From Hormiphora californensis (lineage: Eukaryota; Animalia; Ctenophora): a DNA stretch of 64,000 bases. The DNA is taken from assembly GCA_020137815.1 (NCBI GenBank), contig CM035357.1, positions 2,728,001-2,792,000 on the forward strand. Direction: 5' to 3'. Below, piece by piece: positions 23,640-39,699 of the stretch. The translations under genes were made by a program, and so were the position numbers. The stretch's first letter is position 1. Each line of letters begins with the position of its first letter. Below the pieces are notes generated by a model. The model was not told where the DNA came from and made no database searches. It saw nothing but the letters and a program-made list of their open reading frames with translations.

Positions 23640-23787
23640 GAGGCCCCTCGGAAATGTTCAAGTCATGCACAATCAAGTCACGCCCACCAATCACAGCGCA
23701 GAACGCGCGAAGCACTCCGCGCGTTCTGAGCTGTGATTGGTGGGCGTGACTTGATTGTGCATGACTTGAACATTTCCGAGGGGCCTC
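23640..23787. mobile_element. ~150-bp hairpin MITE, AT (or TA) TSD, ISL2EU-like
   Basis: AT|GAGGCCCCTCGGAAATG...CATTTCCGAGGGGCCTC|AT; almost fully palindromic. Confidence 0.8.
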
Positions 23788-23803
23788 ATATATTTTATTT
23801 TAA

Positions 23804-24992
23804 GGCCGATATAAGGAACCATAATAAAGTTCAAGAGCCTCCAAGAGCACCCAAGAGCGCACCCGATCGAAGAGAGACCACACCTGAGAGCGCACCACAC
23901 CCAAAAGAGACCACATCCAAGAGCGCACCACCTCCAGAAGACACCACTTCGAGAGCGCACCACATCAAAGAGAGCTCCCCATCCAGAAGATACCACGCGC
24001 AGGGGACACCACACGCAGAAGAGACCAGCGCGGCGTTGTATTTGCGCGTGCGGTCTCTTCTGCGCGTGGTGTCCCCTGCGCGCGGTATCTTCGTCAGCCT
24101 CAGTCCTCCTTTACCTCCGGTCCCCCGCCTCCCGCACGTTGTCTTACTACCTCTATTCCCTTCTTCCTTTCCCCCTGTTTAAGTGCTCCCTCTCCACATC
24201 ACTGCTGTTCACCTCTCTCTTGCATCGTGTTTCTCTCTCTCACCCTTCCACCCGGTCATTCCCACTCCCTTAATCACACTGTTCTCTTCTCCACTTACCA
24301 CCAACTCTATCACTATGCACCCCCCCCCCCCATACACAGATACCTTGATCCCTTCTCCCTCCCCCATCTCCCTCCCCACTTCTCCAGATTTCCTCTTTTT
24401 TTAACTATATTTATTTTTTGAGTGTGTTTTTAAATTATTAATTAAATTATTATTGTATTTTCTTGGGTCGGGTAACACCGACCTGAATCATTTTTAAAAC
24501 TTGTCAAAAACTTGTCAAAAACTTGTCAAACTTGTCAAACTTGTCAAACTTGTCAAAACTTGTCAAACTTGTCAAAAACTTGTCAAAACTTGGGAGCTCT
24601 CTTTGATGTGGTGCGCTCTGGGAGTGGTGTCTTTTGGAGGTGGTACGCTCTTGGATAGGGATCCCTAAAAAAGTTCAGTATTTACACAGAGTTTACACAG
24701 TCTTTACTCAGTCGTTACACCCAGAGCGCCCGCGCCGCTCTGGGTGTAACGACTGCGTCTTTCGCACTCGATTTGCAGCGTTTTCGGAAACTTTTTTCGC
24801 CGCAGCGCTCAATTTTGTCAATTGTGCAGCACACAATCCAATATTTTCTTGGAAAAAGCCACTGTGCGCAGCACGCGCCGCTCTGGGTGTAACGACTGAG
24901 TAAAGACTGTGTAAACTCTGTGTAAATACTGAACTTTTTTAGGGATCCCTATGGGGTGCGCTCTTGAACTTTATTATGGTTCCTTATTGGCC
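23804..24992. mobile_element. Non-autonomous TIR element with AGAGCGCACC subrepeats
   Basis: ATAAGGAACCATAATAAAGTTCAAGAGC (~23811) inverted at ~24960-24988; internal AAACTTGTC array 24497-24590; related end and 24-bp array at 54600-54866. Confidence 0.7.
24657..24950. mobile_element. Nested MITE with ~72-bp TIR and AT TSD (ISL2EU-like)
   Basis: AT|AGGGATCCCTAAAAAAGTTCAG...CTGAACTTTTTTAGGGATCCCT|AT; excision restores TTGGATGGGGTGC, matching the empty relative at ~54670. Confidence 0.8.
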
Positions 24993-25657
24993 GCCCCCCC
25001 CCTTTTAATTTGAATAAAAGTTTTCGCGCGCGCGAGTGGCGCGCAAATAATTTACGCGCGCATATTTTGACAAATTTGATGACATCACTCGGTTCTAAGA
25101 AAAACTTCCGGGTTGGGTTTTATTTAAATCTTAAGAAAATAAATACAACTTCATTGATTTCAATTAGTCAATTTTAATGCTTCTCTTGTAAAACTAGGAG
25201 CCCAATTAAAGTGAACTGAATCATTCAGTGAGTGCTTGCACATTTCAATTGTAGTTCACGTTTAATTTGCGGCAAATTCTTCCGACACTCAAATAAACAT
25301 CATACATAAATAACAGCTTGAGCCGCCTGACACTGTGTCTGCAACACCAGCCGCGGTTACTCGGTTTGGAAATGAAAATATGGACACCCCACAGCCGGCC
25401 TAGTCAGAACTTCTGTGGAAGCAATCTAGCATGCACGGATATTCATGTATTCAATTTTTGTGTTATGCAAACACACTAACGATCTCTCTCTTCCTCCACC
25501 GCAATAATAGCTTTTCCAGTGAAGAGAATGCTTGATTTTGTTAAGAATATGAATGGACTAGGAAATTAAAATTCGGCCTGCATTGTTCCCGGTTCTTGCA
25601 GATACAACTTGAAATGCTTGATGCGATTGCCATTGAATTTGATACAGGAGTTGTTTG

Positions 25658-27368
25658 ATGGATGCAAACTTGAAAAGCTTCGTAAGTAAATTAATTTTAA
25701 AGCAAACATTTCAAATCCTTCCAATCAAATGACTATAAATTGTTCATGATGTACCCAGGTTTTTTGTTTGTCCCTTCTTCTCCTTCTGCAAGTACCACCG
25801 GAGGTAGTTGGAGTTGTGGTGAAGAAGATATACCATGGTAGCACTGTCAAGGAATCGGATTTCCCATTCGTTGTGAGTTCCTGTGGGGGGAGGGGGAATG
25901 TTATTAGAACAAAGTGTCAAACCAAAATTATAGTTTTTTGGACTTAACCGGCGGCCAGGGAGGGGTTGATGGGGCTAAAAAGTGCTAACCTCCCACCCCC
26001 ATCAGGTCAAGATAATCATCACCCACGACACTGCTGACCCCCCTACACTATGTGCTGGCTCAATTCTCTCTGACAGAGTGGTCCTAACAGCTGCCCACTG
26101 TGTCTACCCACTGCCCAGTCCCGGGGCCGTCCTGGGGCTATGGAGGAGCCAGGAGCTAAGAATCAGGGGTGTGACTGTCCACCCTCTGTACACACCAGTA
26201 ACGTGAGTCGAGATAAACATAAAAATGAAACAGATTCTTCCCCCATATCTTTGAACAATGGGTCGTACACTGAGTTTTGATTCTTGGACAGTGATACGCC
26301 GATACAGATAATCTGTCAGGCATCGCGCCGACCCTTAGCTTTGAGCAGATTGGCCAGGCATCCCCGCTAACAGCCGATAATCGGTGCCAACTTAAACTTA
26401 GCTTCGTGCCCCATTTACAACTACTCCCCTCCAGAAATGAGAATGACGTTGCCTTGTTGTACCTTCACACCTCCCTACCTACCTCCTTCACACCGGTACT
26501 ACTCCCCACTGGTAGAGTTCTATACAGCCCTGGTACCATGGTCACGGTACTAGGCTGGGGGTATACTGAGGACGGTGTCACTAGTGACGAGCTCCAGGTA
26601 ATGATGTCCAGTTTCATGGCTGCGGTTGTAGCTTTTTTTAACATTCATTTGACGACTGAATGAAGCTGATGATTCAGACAGGGAGGGGTATGACAAAGTG
26701 ACACCTTACTCAATTGACAAGATCATGCGCACTCTTAGTACAGTCGGACGCCGATTTAGTCTTACCGAAACCCCGATATACCGGGCAAAACCCTTTTCCC
26801 CGACCTTCCCAGTAAATCGGGGTCCAACTGTACTACTCAACTTAATCCCCTACAGATGTTGCAGTACCCCTCGGTATCAGATACAGCATGTTCTACTGTT
26901 TATGGATCAGATCTGAGAAGGGGAATGTGGTGTACAGGGGAGATACCAATGACATACCAACACACTGCCTCCGGGGATTCAGGTGAGTGATCAATGATCA
27001 TGCCTGACCATTTGGTGACATAGACACCGTGCGCGACCAAGATTGAGCTCACACGCACTAGGTGTCAATGTCACCAACCTGACCATGTGGTCTGGAAACT
27101 TTCCAGACCATAGTCAGTGGAAATCGGAACCCCCTAGCCTGATGATATGAGTATGGAAACAAGCTAGCATTTACCTGTTACCAGTAAACTCTTAAATAAT
27201 ATCATATTCTGCCTAGGTGGGCCAGTGTTTATCAGGACAGGAAACGAGTTCATCCAGTTAGGGGTGATCAGTTGGGGACCATCTGTACAATCAGCCAGGA
27301 GTTATGACGTCAATACAGACACACAATATCACCGTCATTGGATTACAAATACAACCCAGTCACTGTGA
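25658..27368 (+). CDS. Secreted trypsin-family (S1A) serine protease, 6 exons
   Basis: MDANLKSF|VFCLSLLLLLQ...KK/IYHG...FPFV|VKI...CAGSILSDRVVLTAAHC...|ENDVALL...VLGWG...|...TASGDS|GGP...GVISWG...WI; His/Asp/Ser triad intact; GT-AG introns. Confidence 0.9.
26741..26830. mobile_element. Tc1/mariner-type mini-MITE in protease intron
   Basis: TA|CAGTCGGAC...GTCCAACTG|TA, same family as 10140-10201. Confidence 0.75.
27012..27077. mobile_element. 66-bp MITE with 9-bp TSD
   Basis: CCTGACCAT|TTGGTGACATAGACACC...GGTGTCAATGTCACCAA|CCTGACCAT. Confidence 0.88.
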
Positions 27369-27701
27369 GTTAATTGATCACTAACACAACCCAGCCAGTC
27401 ACTGTGACTAAATTCGGTCCCCGATATACTGGGGAAAACCCCTTCCCCCGAGCATCCCGGTACATCAGGGTCAGACTATTATAATGGCATGGTAACCCCG
27501 CGACCCTTCAAAGACCAGCATGTGTATAATATTCCACCTTCCCTGATACTAGGTCCACGGAAGCCTACCATGGTAGTCAGATAACCGTGACAGAAACAGA
27601 GAAACATGTGTTTAGATTGAACAGTGGCAACCTCTCTCATACATCTGTCAAATTTGAAACTGGTGATTGGAGAATTCCATTTTCTATTGGTAGGTAGCAG
27701 T

Positions 27702-27791
27702 TTGGTGACATAGACACCGTACGCGACCAAGATTGAGCTCACACACATGCGAGCTCGATCTCGCACGCACTATAGGTGTCAATGTCACCAA
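27702..27791. mobile_element. 90-bp MITE with 9-bp TSD (same family as 27012)
   Basis: GGTAGCAGT|TTGGTGACATAGACACC...GGTGTCAATGTCACCAA|GGTAGCAGT. Confidence 0.88.
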
Positions 27792-28533
27792 GGTAGCAGT
27801 GGCTATTCCAGTTTATTTGTGTATGAATAATACAAAATGGTGTTTTTGCTGACACCCCACTACGTCTTTTATTTATTTCCATAAATCTGTACTTGGAGGT
27901 CATTCAATTGGATAATTAATGTTCAATCAGTATCAGTGATGCTATCACGATGTTAATTTTATTCACTCGTGTTTCAGTTGTAGACGATATCCCTGAAGTG
28001 CTCTACCTCTACATTGGACATGACCACAACAATGGTACAACATTCCAGGAATTCAGGGACCCGTTCAAAGTTCAAGGTTTCCAGTTCACCATCATTGCAC
28101 CCCCAAACAGCCCTCCTATATTCATAACTTATTATGTACAGGTAAATTATAGGACCAATTGTATAATTATGATCGAGTTCGACAGCATTTCTTCAATTAT
28201 AATAGTAATTAAAAGTGGAACTAAACAGCAAACTCCCATTAATGAAACTCCGAACGAATTAATGATTTTTTCTAATTTCAGTCCCCTCAGTACCATATCA
28301 CAGCCAGCCCCGAGCCACCGGCATCAGAACCCCCCACAGTAACCACTCCTGAGAGTGGATGTACTTTTTACCCAATTCAGACTTTAATTTTTACCCTCCT
28401 TTTTATTATGTGAATGTGGTTGTGTGATCCAGTTTTTATTTGATTGATATTTTTAACAATTCTTGCCCAAACCGGTAGAAATTATACCAAAACTTTTCAT
28501 AACTAATATTATATCACGCTAATTAATTACCAA

Positions 28534-32836
<4,303 letters not shown>

Positions 32837-33226
32837 TAACTCGCTCGTTGAACTGAATTGAAACGTGTTCTACCACCTGTACTTTATAGCAGCTGATCTA
32901 ATCCGATTATCCGACCACCTCGAGACTGAATCACGACTCTGTCAATTAAATTTTGGGGCAACATAAAACAGTTGTGAAAAAAGAACAAAAGACTGGCGTT
33001 TCAAAATAAGATCATGTTCTTCTAACTCTTTAGCGCTAATGAATTTTCCTTTTTGAAAACGGTCAATAAGTGGCACAAAAACATGGGATGAGAAAATTAA
33101 CTTTTTCTCAGACAAAACCGAATCCTAAATCATTCGAGCAGTTCGATTTTAGCATCTTATCTACAGTGAAATTAAAACACACAAGACCTAGATATAACAA
33201 CTCATCTCACTAGACTCAGCATTTGT

Positions 33227-36200
33227 TCACTTGTGTGGCGTAATGAGGCCGCCTTGGCCAGCACTTTTGATTGTTCCTTGGAGGACGCAGCCCCTCCTCG
33301 GTCTGTCCGACCAAATGAGGACGCTGATTTTAGTCGGAAGTTGAGGGTGGAGGAGGAAGCAGCGGTCGGAAGGGGTGCTGGAGGTGGTGATTCTGGGTAA
33401 ACTGAGGGGGAGGGGCACGGGAGTTAATAGCAATTTAAAATGCATTAAACTTAACTAACACTAGGAAAATTAATATCCCCCAAAAACGGACCCCCCCCCA
33501 GAAGTGAAACTCAGAAACTCGGCTGCTATCTATTGGTTGTCATGGAAACTCGGCTGTTGGTTGGTTCCCATGGAAACTGTACCTGGCGAGTTAATTGGAC
33601 CTGTAGCCCTTCTCGAGGCTTGAGCTACTCGTTGTGCGGTGAGAATAGCATGCCGCCGGGCTGCCGCATTAGCATGCCGCTCAGCAGCCACCTTCTGTCT
33701 GTTCTCTCTTCGTTCAATAATCTTGTCGTGGTATGTTTCATCGTTATAGGGAACTGGTTCAATAGCGGGAACGGGTAGCATGTTCATGTACCTGCAGAGA
33801 TAATAGATTATTACTAGTATAACAAGACCAGGGTTCTGAGAACTGCAAACACACTCCCCACCAGGAACGGGTAGCATGTTCACGTACCTGCAGAGATAAT
33901 ATAGACAGTACAGAAAGGGCCAGGGGGTGTTTTATATTTTAGGGTGAGGGATCCTCGAGTCTGTAATGCTAAGACAGAGACTTTAGTGTAGTGTTTGTGA
34001 CATCTCGAATGAGAGAGATAGCTCTCAACTCACGCAGGTCGAAGAGTGGAGGGGTCCTGGGTGAACTTTGGAGGAGCACTAGCAATTCGTTTCCGGTGGG
34101 AGTTCGGTGGCTTGCGGAGTAATTCAGTAGGTTCTAAGCATTGTAACACCCACTTGGAATCCGATCTCTGAGAGTTACAAGGGGTTACAAGAGGACAGTC
34201 TTTTGTGAGACACCTCGAAACATGTAAAGCGAAACAGGGATTTTAACTGTGAAGTCAGATTTCCCATGATATTGATACCCTAAACACACATTCGACTGAC
34301 CTGTTCGACCCTCTCCAGTTCTGTAAAACTAATTGGGATGGGTTGCCGCTGTCTGGAACCGGTTTGAGGGGGTGTTGGTGCTTTCTGGACCTCCACCGGG
34401 GCACTCTTTACCCTTTTTAACCTGCTCTCTGCTCTCTCCATTCTCTGTGTTGGAGATATAGTTAGCAGGGCGACGAATATAGCAATCAACAAAACGGTTA
34501 AAAAGTATATTATTGACTTTTCTGACCGTTTCAAGTTTCAAACGATTAAAATGAACTAAAGCAAGAGCTGGCGCAAATTTGTTGAAAGTAGAGGAACACA
34601 CAGCACACTCACCCGAGTTATCAGAGATTTACTTTCCGTGAGTCTTGCCGTTACTATGGAAACTGTCTCGCCCTGCATTCACAAAGAGGGGGTGAGAGGG
34701 AGAGATATAGAAATCAGGCTGGTGAGAGCATGTAAAGTGATACCAACACAACAATGCCTAATGACTAATAATGTTGATTTAATAACCAAATCGATTTCCG
34801 AGGACCTAGGTTTTACTAGCGGATAGGCTGAGATACACGATTCATTTTGGCTCAAACAGGGATGATATCGCTAGGGAAGTTACAGATGAATTGCATATTA
34901 GTAGTTGCTGCACACGGATGGCAAGTCAATATAATTTACCATCTGTTGCTAGCATAATCATGATAATGCACTAGAGCATGCGGGTATGATGTACATGTCA
35001 TAATTAATCGCATATAATACCAACATTCCTAACACCTGTCTGGTGGCGCCAGACCTCGTTATGATTCTGAATGCGCTCATATTATATCGGGTCGGTGCCG
35101 CCAGACAGCAGCCACACGATGTTATTATGTTCAAATAAGAGGGTCAAGATAATAAGTTACCTGTTTCCTTCCAGATCTAGGTCTCCTTTCCGAAGGGGCA
35201 CTTGAAACTCTCTGCCTTGTCTTCCGACGCTTTAATACCTGAGTAGTTATTGGGAGTTAGATAGAGGATAATATCATGGCTTATTTAGTACCACCCCACC
35301 GTCCATGGCGTATTGAGTACCAGCCCCATCAAACTTCCCATACATTTTCCTCTTGAGCTTCGTATACAGCCCGGCCCCTTCCCCCAAATTATTCCCAATT
35401 ATTTGTATACCTGTTGGCATGAAGATGATGATCTCAACTGACTTCCTTTAACCACAACTCTAGGTCCTGTGGGGGTAACCGGTCCGGCAGGTGATGGGCC
35501 CTCATCCCTGAATGTCTCTCCCAGCTTCTCCATCATATTCTCTGTGACACTCTCATCTACTGTATCCAGGACCGTTCTGGCAACTTCCAGTGCCATCTCT
35601 TCGTCGCCCTGATCCTGGCTGTCCGGGGATGGGTGGGGGCTAGGTCCATCATCTGGTGGCTCGGTGGGTGGAAGGTCCTGTTGTTGATCGCCAACTAGTG
35701 TGTCCATGTCTCCTACTACTGCCTCGGTACCGTCAGGCAAGGGGGACCATATCGTCAGGAGATAGGACTGGACTGTCATTGTCCGTTCGGGTGATATCAG
35801 AGAATTTATCTTCGAACCTGAAGAAAACATTGAATTCATGAGACGAAGAAATCAAAAACAGAAAATCAAAACAGAAATCAAATAAAGTCGATCAGCTGAA
35901 ATGAACATGCTGGTGACCGGGCGCGTCATGCGCGCATCACAGCGTTGCCACGGAAGTGTACTTTCATATCAACTGATTCGCCGCGCGTTCCAGGATCTAA
36001 AGTCATGTCATGCAACTGGAGATGAGATGTTTCGGTTGTTTCACATGGCTTCCCCGGGCCGGGCTGTAATTAGACTAATCAATAAATTAATTAGGATAAT
36101 TAGAAAGCTATGACAATTATCCTGGTATGTCACAATATGTACCTGCTCTCGCTGTTTCTATGCAACAGAATCCTCTTCTTCGAACTTCGCTTTCGATCCA

Positions 36201-38007
36201 GACGCTTTTTCTTCTTACTCATTGGCTGGTCCTGTGGGGACGGAACAAGTTGTAATTTGTTGGATCATTGATTTAGTCTTGATTTGATAACAACTCAATA
36301 TTCAACAGAACAACTGTTTTACCGGTACAGGATTGGGACCATTAGGTTTCCACAGTGGTACCTTTCTGTCCCTCCTATCTGCCTGTTTTTCTTCATCTAG
36401 TAAGAGATTTATTAGTTAGAAATATGTAATACAAAACCAGTTTGGCTCAAATCACAAATGACTGCTTTAGCTGGCGTACCACAAGTTTAGATAAGTTTTG
36501 GACAAGTCAAGTTATGTACCTGATACCGATGTGAGGGATAAATCGGAGAGAGCGTTCTCCACAGTACTGCTCTGTTGCTGAACAAGCTTTCCGTGACATT
36601 TCTCAGCAGGTGCATGATACGCTAAAATCAGAGGAATTTAAAATCAACAGTTTTGAATAAAATGATAAGTGTCTAATATCCCAAATTCAAAATCAAGCAT
36701 GCATTAAATTTAAAATCCTTACATTTTTTCTTAGCCATGACGGGAGTCCCCTTTGCTCTGATGGGTTTGATTGGTAGTGGCCTCTTCGAGACTGGGGCAG
36801 GTTCTGGGGAGGGGCTGGCAGGAGGAGGCGGAGAGGTGGGAATCTGGGGCATGGGACTGGGGGAATCACCACACACTGGCATCTCCCAACGATCACTCTC
36901 TCCAGATAGATCTGAAATGGCGGGAAATTAGTTTTCTATACGAAATGTATGTCCCAGCTCCCGCTGTATCCCAAACTAGACTTCTTCTAGTTATCTCAAA
37001 ATCACTGATTCTCAGACGCACAAATGATCCCTATTTAATAAGGACACCCTTTCTAAACTAACACTAAACCAATACAGTGTATCACTTAATCTTATCACTC
37101 AATCTTATCACTAACAATAAGAGTGATTATAATGGACAATATCTTTAACGGTGATCAACTTTGTCATCGGCATGGGTTTCAGGGGCACTAGGTTGGTTGT
37201 CATGGAAACAGCGGCCCCTTTTTCGTCGGTACTGCAGGGGGAACACACCTCCCTGGGTATAATGATTACACGGGGAACGAACATGGTGGATCCTAGAGAT
37301 GTGTGGAGCTATCATAATTGGCAATTTGATTATACATAATTGGCAAGTGTAGACTGCAGTAGCTAGTAAATACTTTTTTTTTCGGCCAAAATAAGTTCGA
37401 ATTTCAGCTGTGATTTCAGACTATCAATTCTGCTCAAAGCGTACTATCAAAAACAGGACAACTAGCTGAAAGGAACAACAAGATTACTATCAAAGGTTCA
37501 TCTCTATAATTTATGATTTAGAAATGGACGGTAGACTGAAACTAATCGCAATTTCACAAAAGTTAAACACTGATCCGGTCTGCAACCACAACACAATGAG
37601 CACAAGTAAGAGCCGATACACATTATGGCAATGGTGGAAAGAGAAATACACATTATATGACTACAAGATCTCTAAAAGCTGCTGCCCACTAACATTGAAC
37701 TGCAGCATATTGGGATTTGACAAGTGGTCTTTTAAACAATTCTAATATACATACTCTAGCTTAGATCTCTCTAATAGTCTCTGATCTCTACATATCTCTG
37801 GCTAAAATGTCTCAATTATGTCTCTCAAATCGTCTAACACAGGAGCAAGGAGCTCAAACTACACGCGAGTGAAAAACTCTGCTCAAGAAAAAAACCTAGA
37901 GGCGGCCAGACGAACGGGAGATTTGGCAAGGTGTCTTTCTGATGGATTTTTACAGCTTTACTTCTCACGTACCACGTGATTTGTTTTTGAGAGGGGAGAG
38001 AGAGGGG

Positions 38008-38051
<44 letters not shown>

Positions 38052-38054
38052 AAT

Positions 38055-38085
<31 letters not shown>

Positions 38086-39627
38086 AATAGATAGAGAGAG
38101 ATAGAGAGAGAGAGAGAGAAACAGCGAGAGAGTGGAAGTAAGATGGGTATTGGCGAAAAACAATCAGTTGTCATGGTAACCCGTGCTTGTTAATAGGCGT
38201 GTCAGTATTAATTCATCATGGTCAGGACAAGTAATCGAGGATTCATTACAGAACCTGTTAACTACAGATGGAAGCATTGGAGACATCTTATAAATATTAA
38301 CAATCTTGCTTTATTCCCAGTTCCCACTGTTTAGGCATAGAATCCCTAACTCGAAACTTTTACCATAATTCCCAAAACTATGTCTAAAAAACCAAATTTA
38401 TTACCCAATATAAGAGCACACTCCCCTCCAAAACTCACCAAAATCGTAATGATCCCTGTAGATCGCATCGTTGAGCCCATCAATAGATAGATTAACAACT
38501 GATCTATTAGTTGGTGTCTCAGGGGGTGATAGAGCGATACCAGATGGAGCAATGCTATCACCCTGATCACTCTCACCGTCTTTATCAGTTCCATTTTCTA
38601 GTTCTTCAAGATCTGTCACACAGAGACCCTGCCAGTCGGTGTGGTACTTTCCCTTGAAGGGCATCTGTAGTGGGAACAGTTGTTACTATCATGGGGTTAA
38701 TACATTGTGTTGCTAGGGGATAGTGGATACTAAGGGTTGATTGTGTTGGGGGTTGCTAGGGGGTTGCTAGGGGGGGGGGGGGAGGTTGCTAGGGAATACA
38801 GGTAATTAATCGAGGTAACTGGGAGTAACCGGGGGTTACTTCAACTTCCACCAATACCTTCGTACCAGAAAACGTCCAAAATAGTACGTACCAGGTAGTT
38901 GTCAATGTTGGTCGGGGGTAGCTCCCCCATACTCTCATATTTAATCATTGGATCCTCAAACACCGTGCTATCCGTTGTGTAACCTGGAACCAAGAAAAGA
39001 AGAGATTAGGGGGTGTGCTATCTGTATAGTCGTGCAACCTTGAAACAAGAAATAATTTTAGCACGGGGATGATCCAAAAAAAAAAAAAAAAAAAACAAGA
39101 AATAATTGTGTTTACGGCCGGGCTGTTCTCGCACAGCAAGAGCTGGGCTACGGGAGCAATGTTAGCAAAATATATCAGAGTGCAGATTGGTAAAATATAC
39201 GAAGTACTGCAAATTGTACTCGATTGACCTACTTGCAAGGCTCAGCTTCCTTCCACTCCCATCACCCGTAGTAGCTGCGAGAAAAATCACAATTAATTAA
39301 CTCTTTACTGCTAATGTACTACTGCAGTTGTTTTAGTAAAGTAAAGTTTCAGTTTTCCACCAAAGATCAGTAGCACCCAAATATTTTTCAAGGGCACAAG
39401 AGACAGTCTGATTAACAAGTCAAGTCCGATTATTAGAATCTACAACCTAGATAATCTACCACTATAACAAAGAAAAATCCACGCTACTAGAAATACTGTA
39501 AAAGATCATGTGCATAATAGCATTCATAGAGTTGTTATAATACTGCACTGCACAAGACCTGGATATGTATTATGTGTTTTTCCCTTGCTTACGAATGGTT
39601 ACCAGTGTTATGGAACGAGAGAAAAAG

Positions 39628-39699
<72 letters not shown>

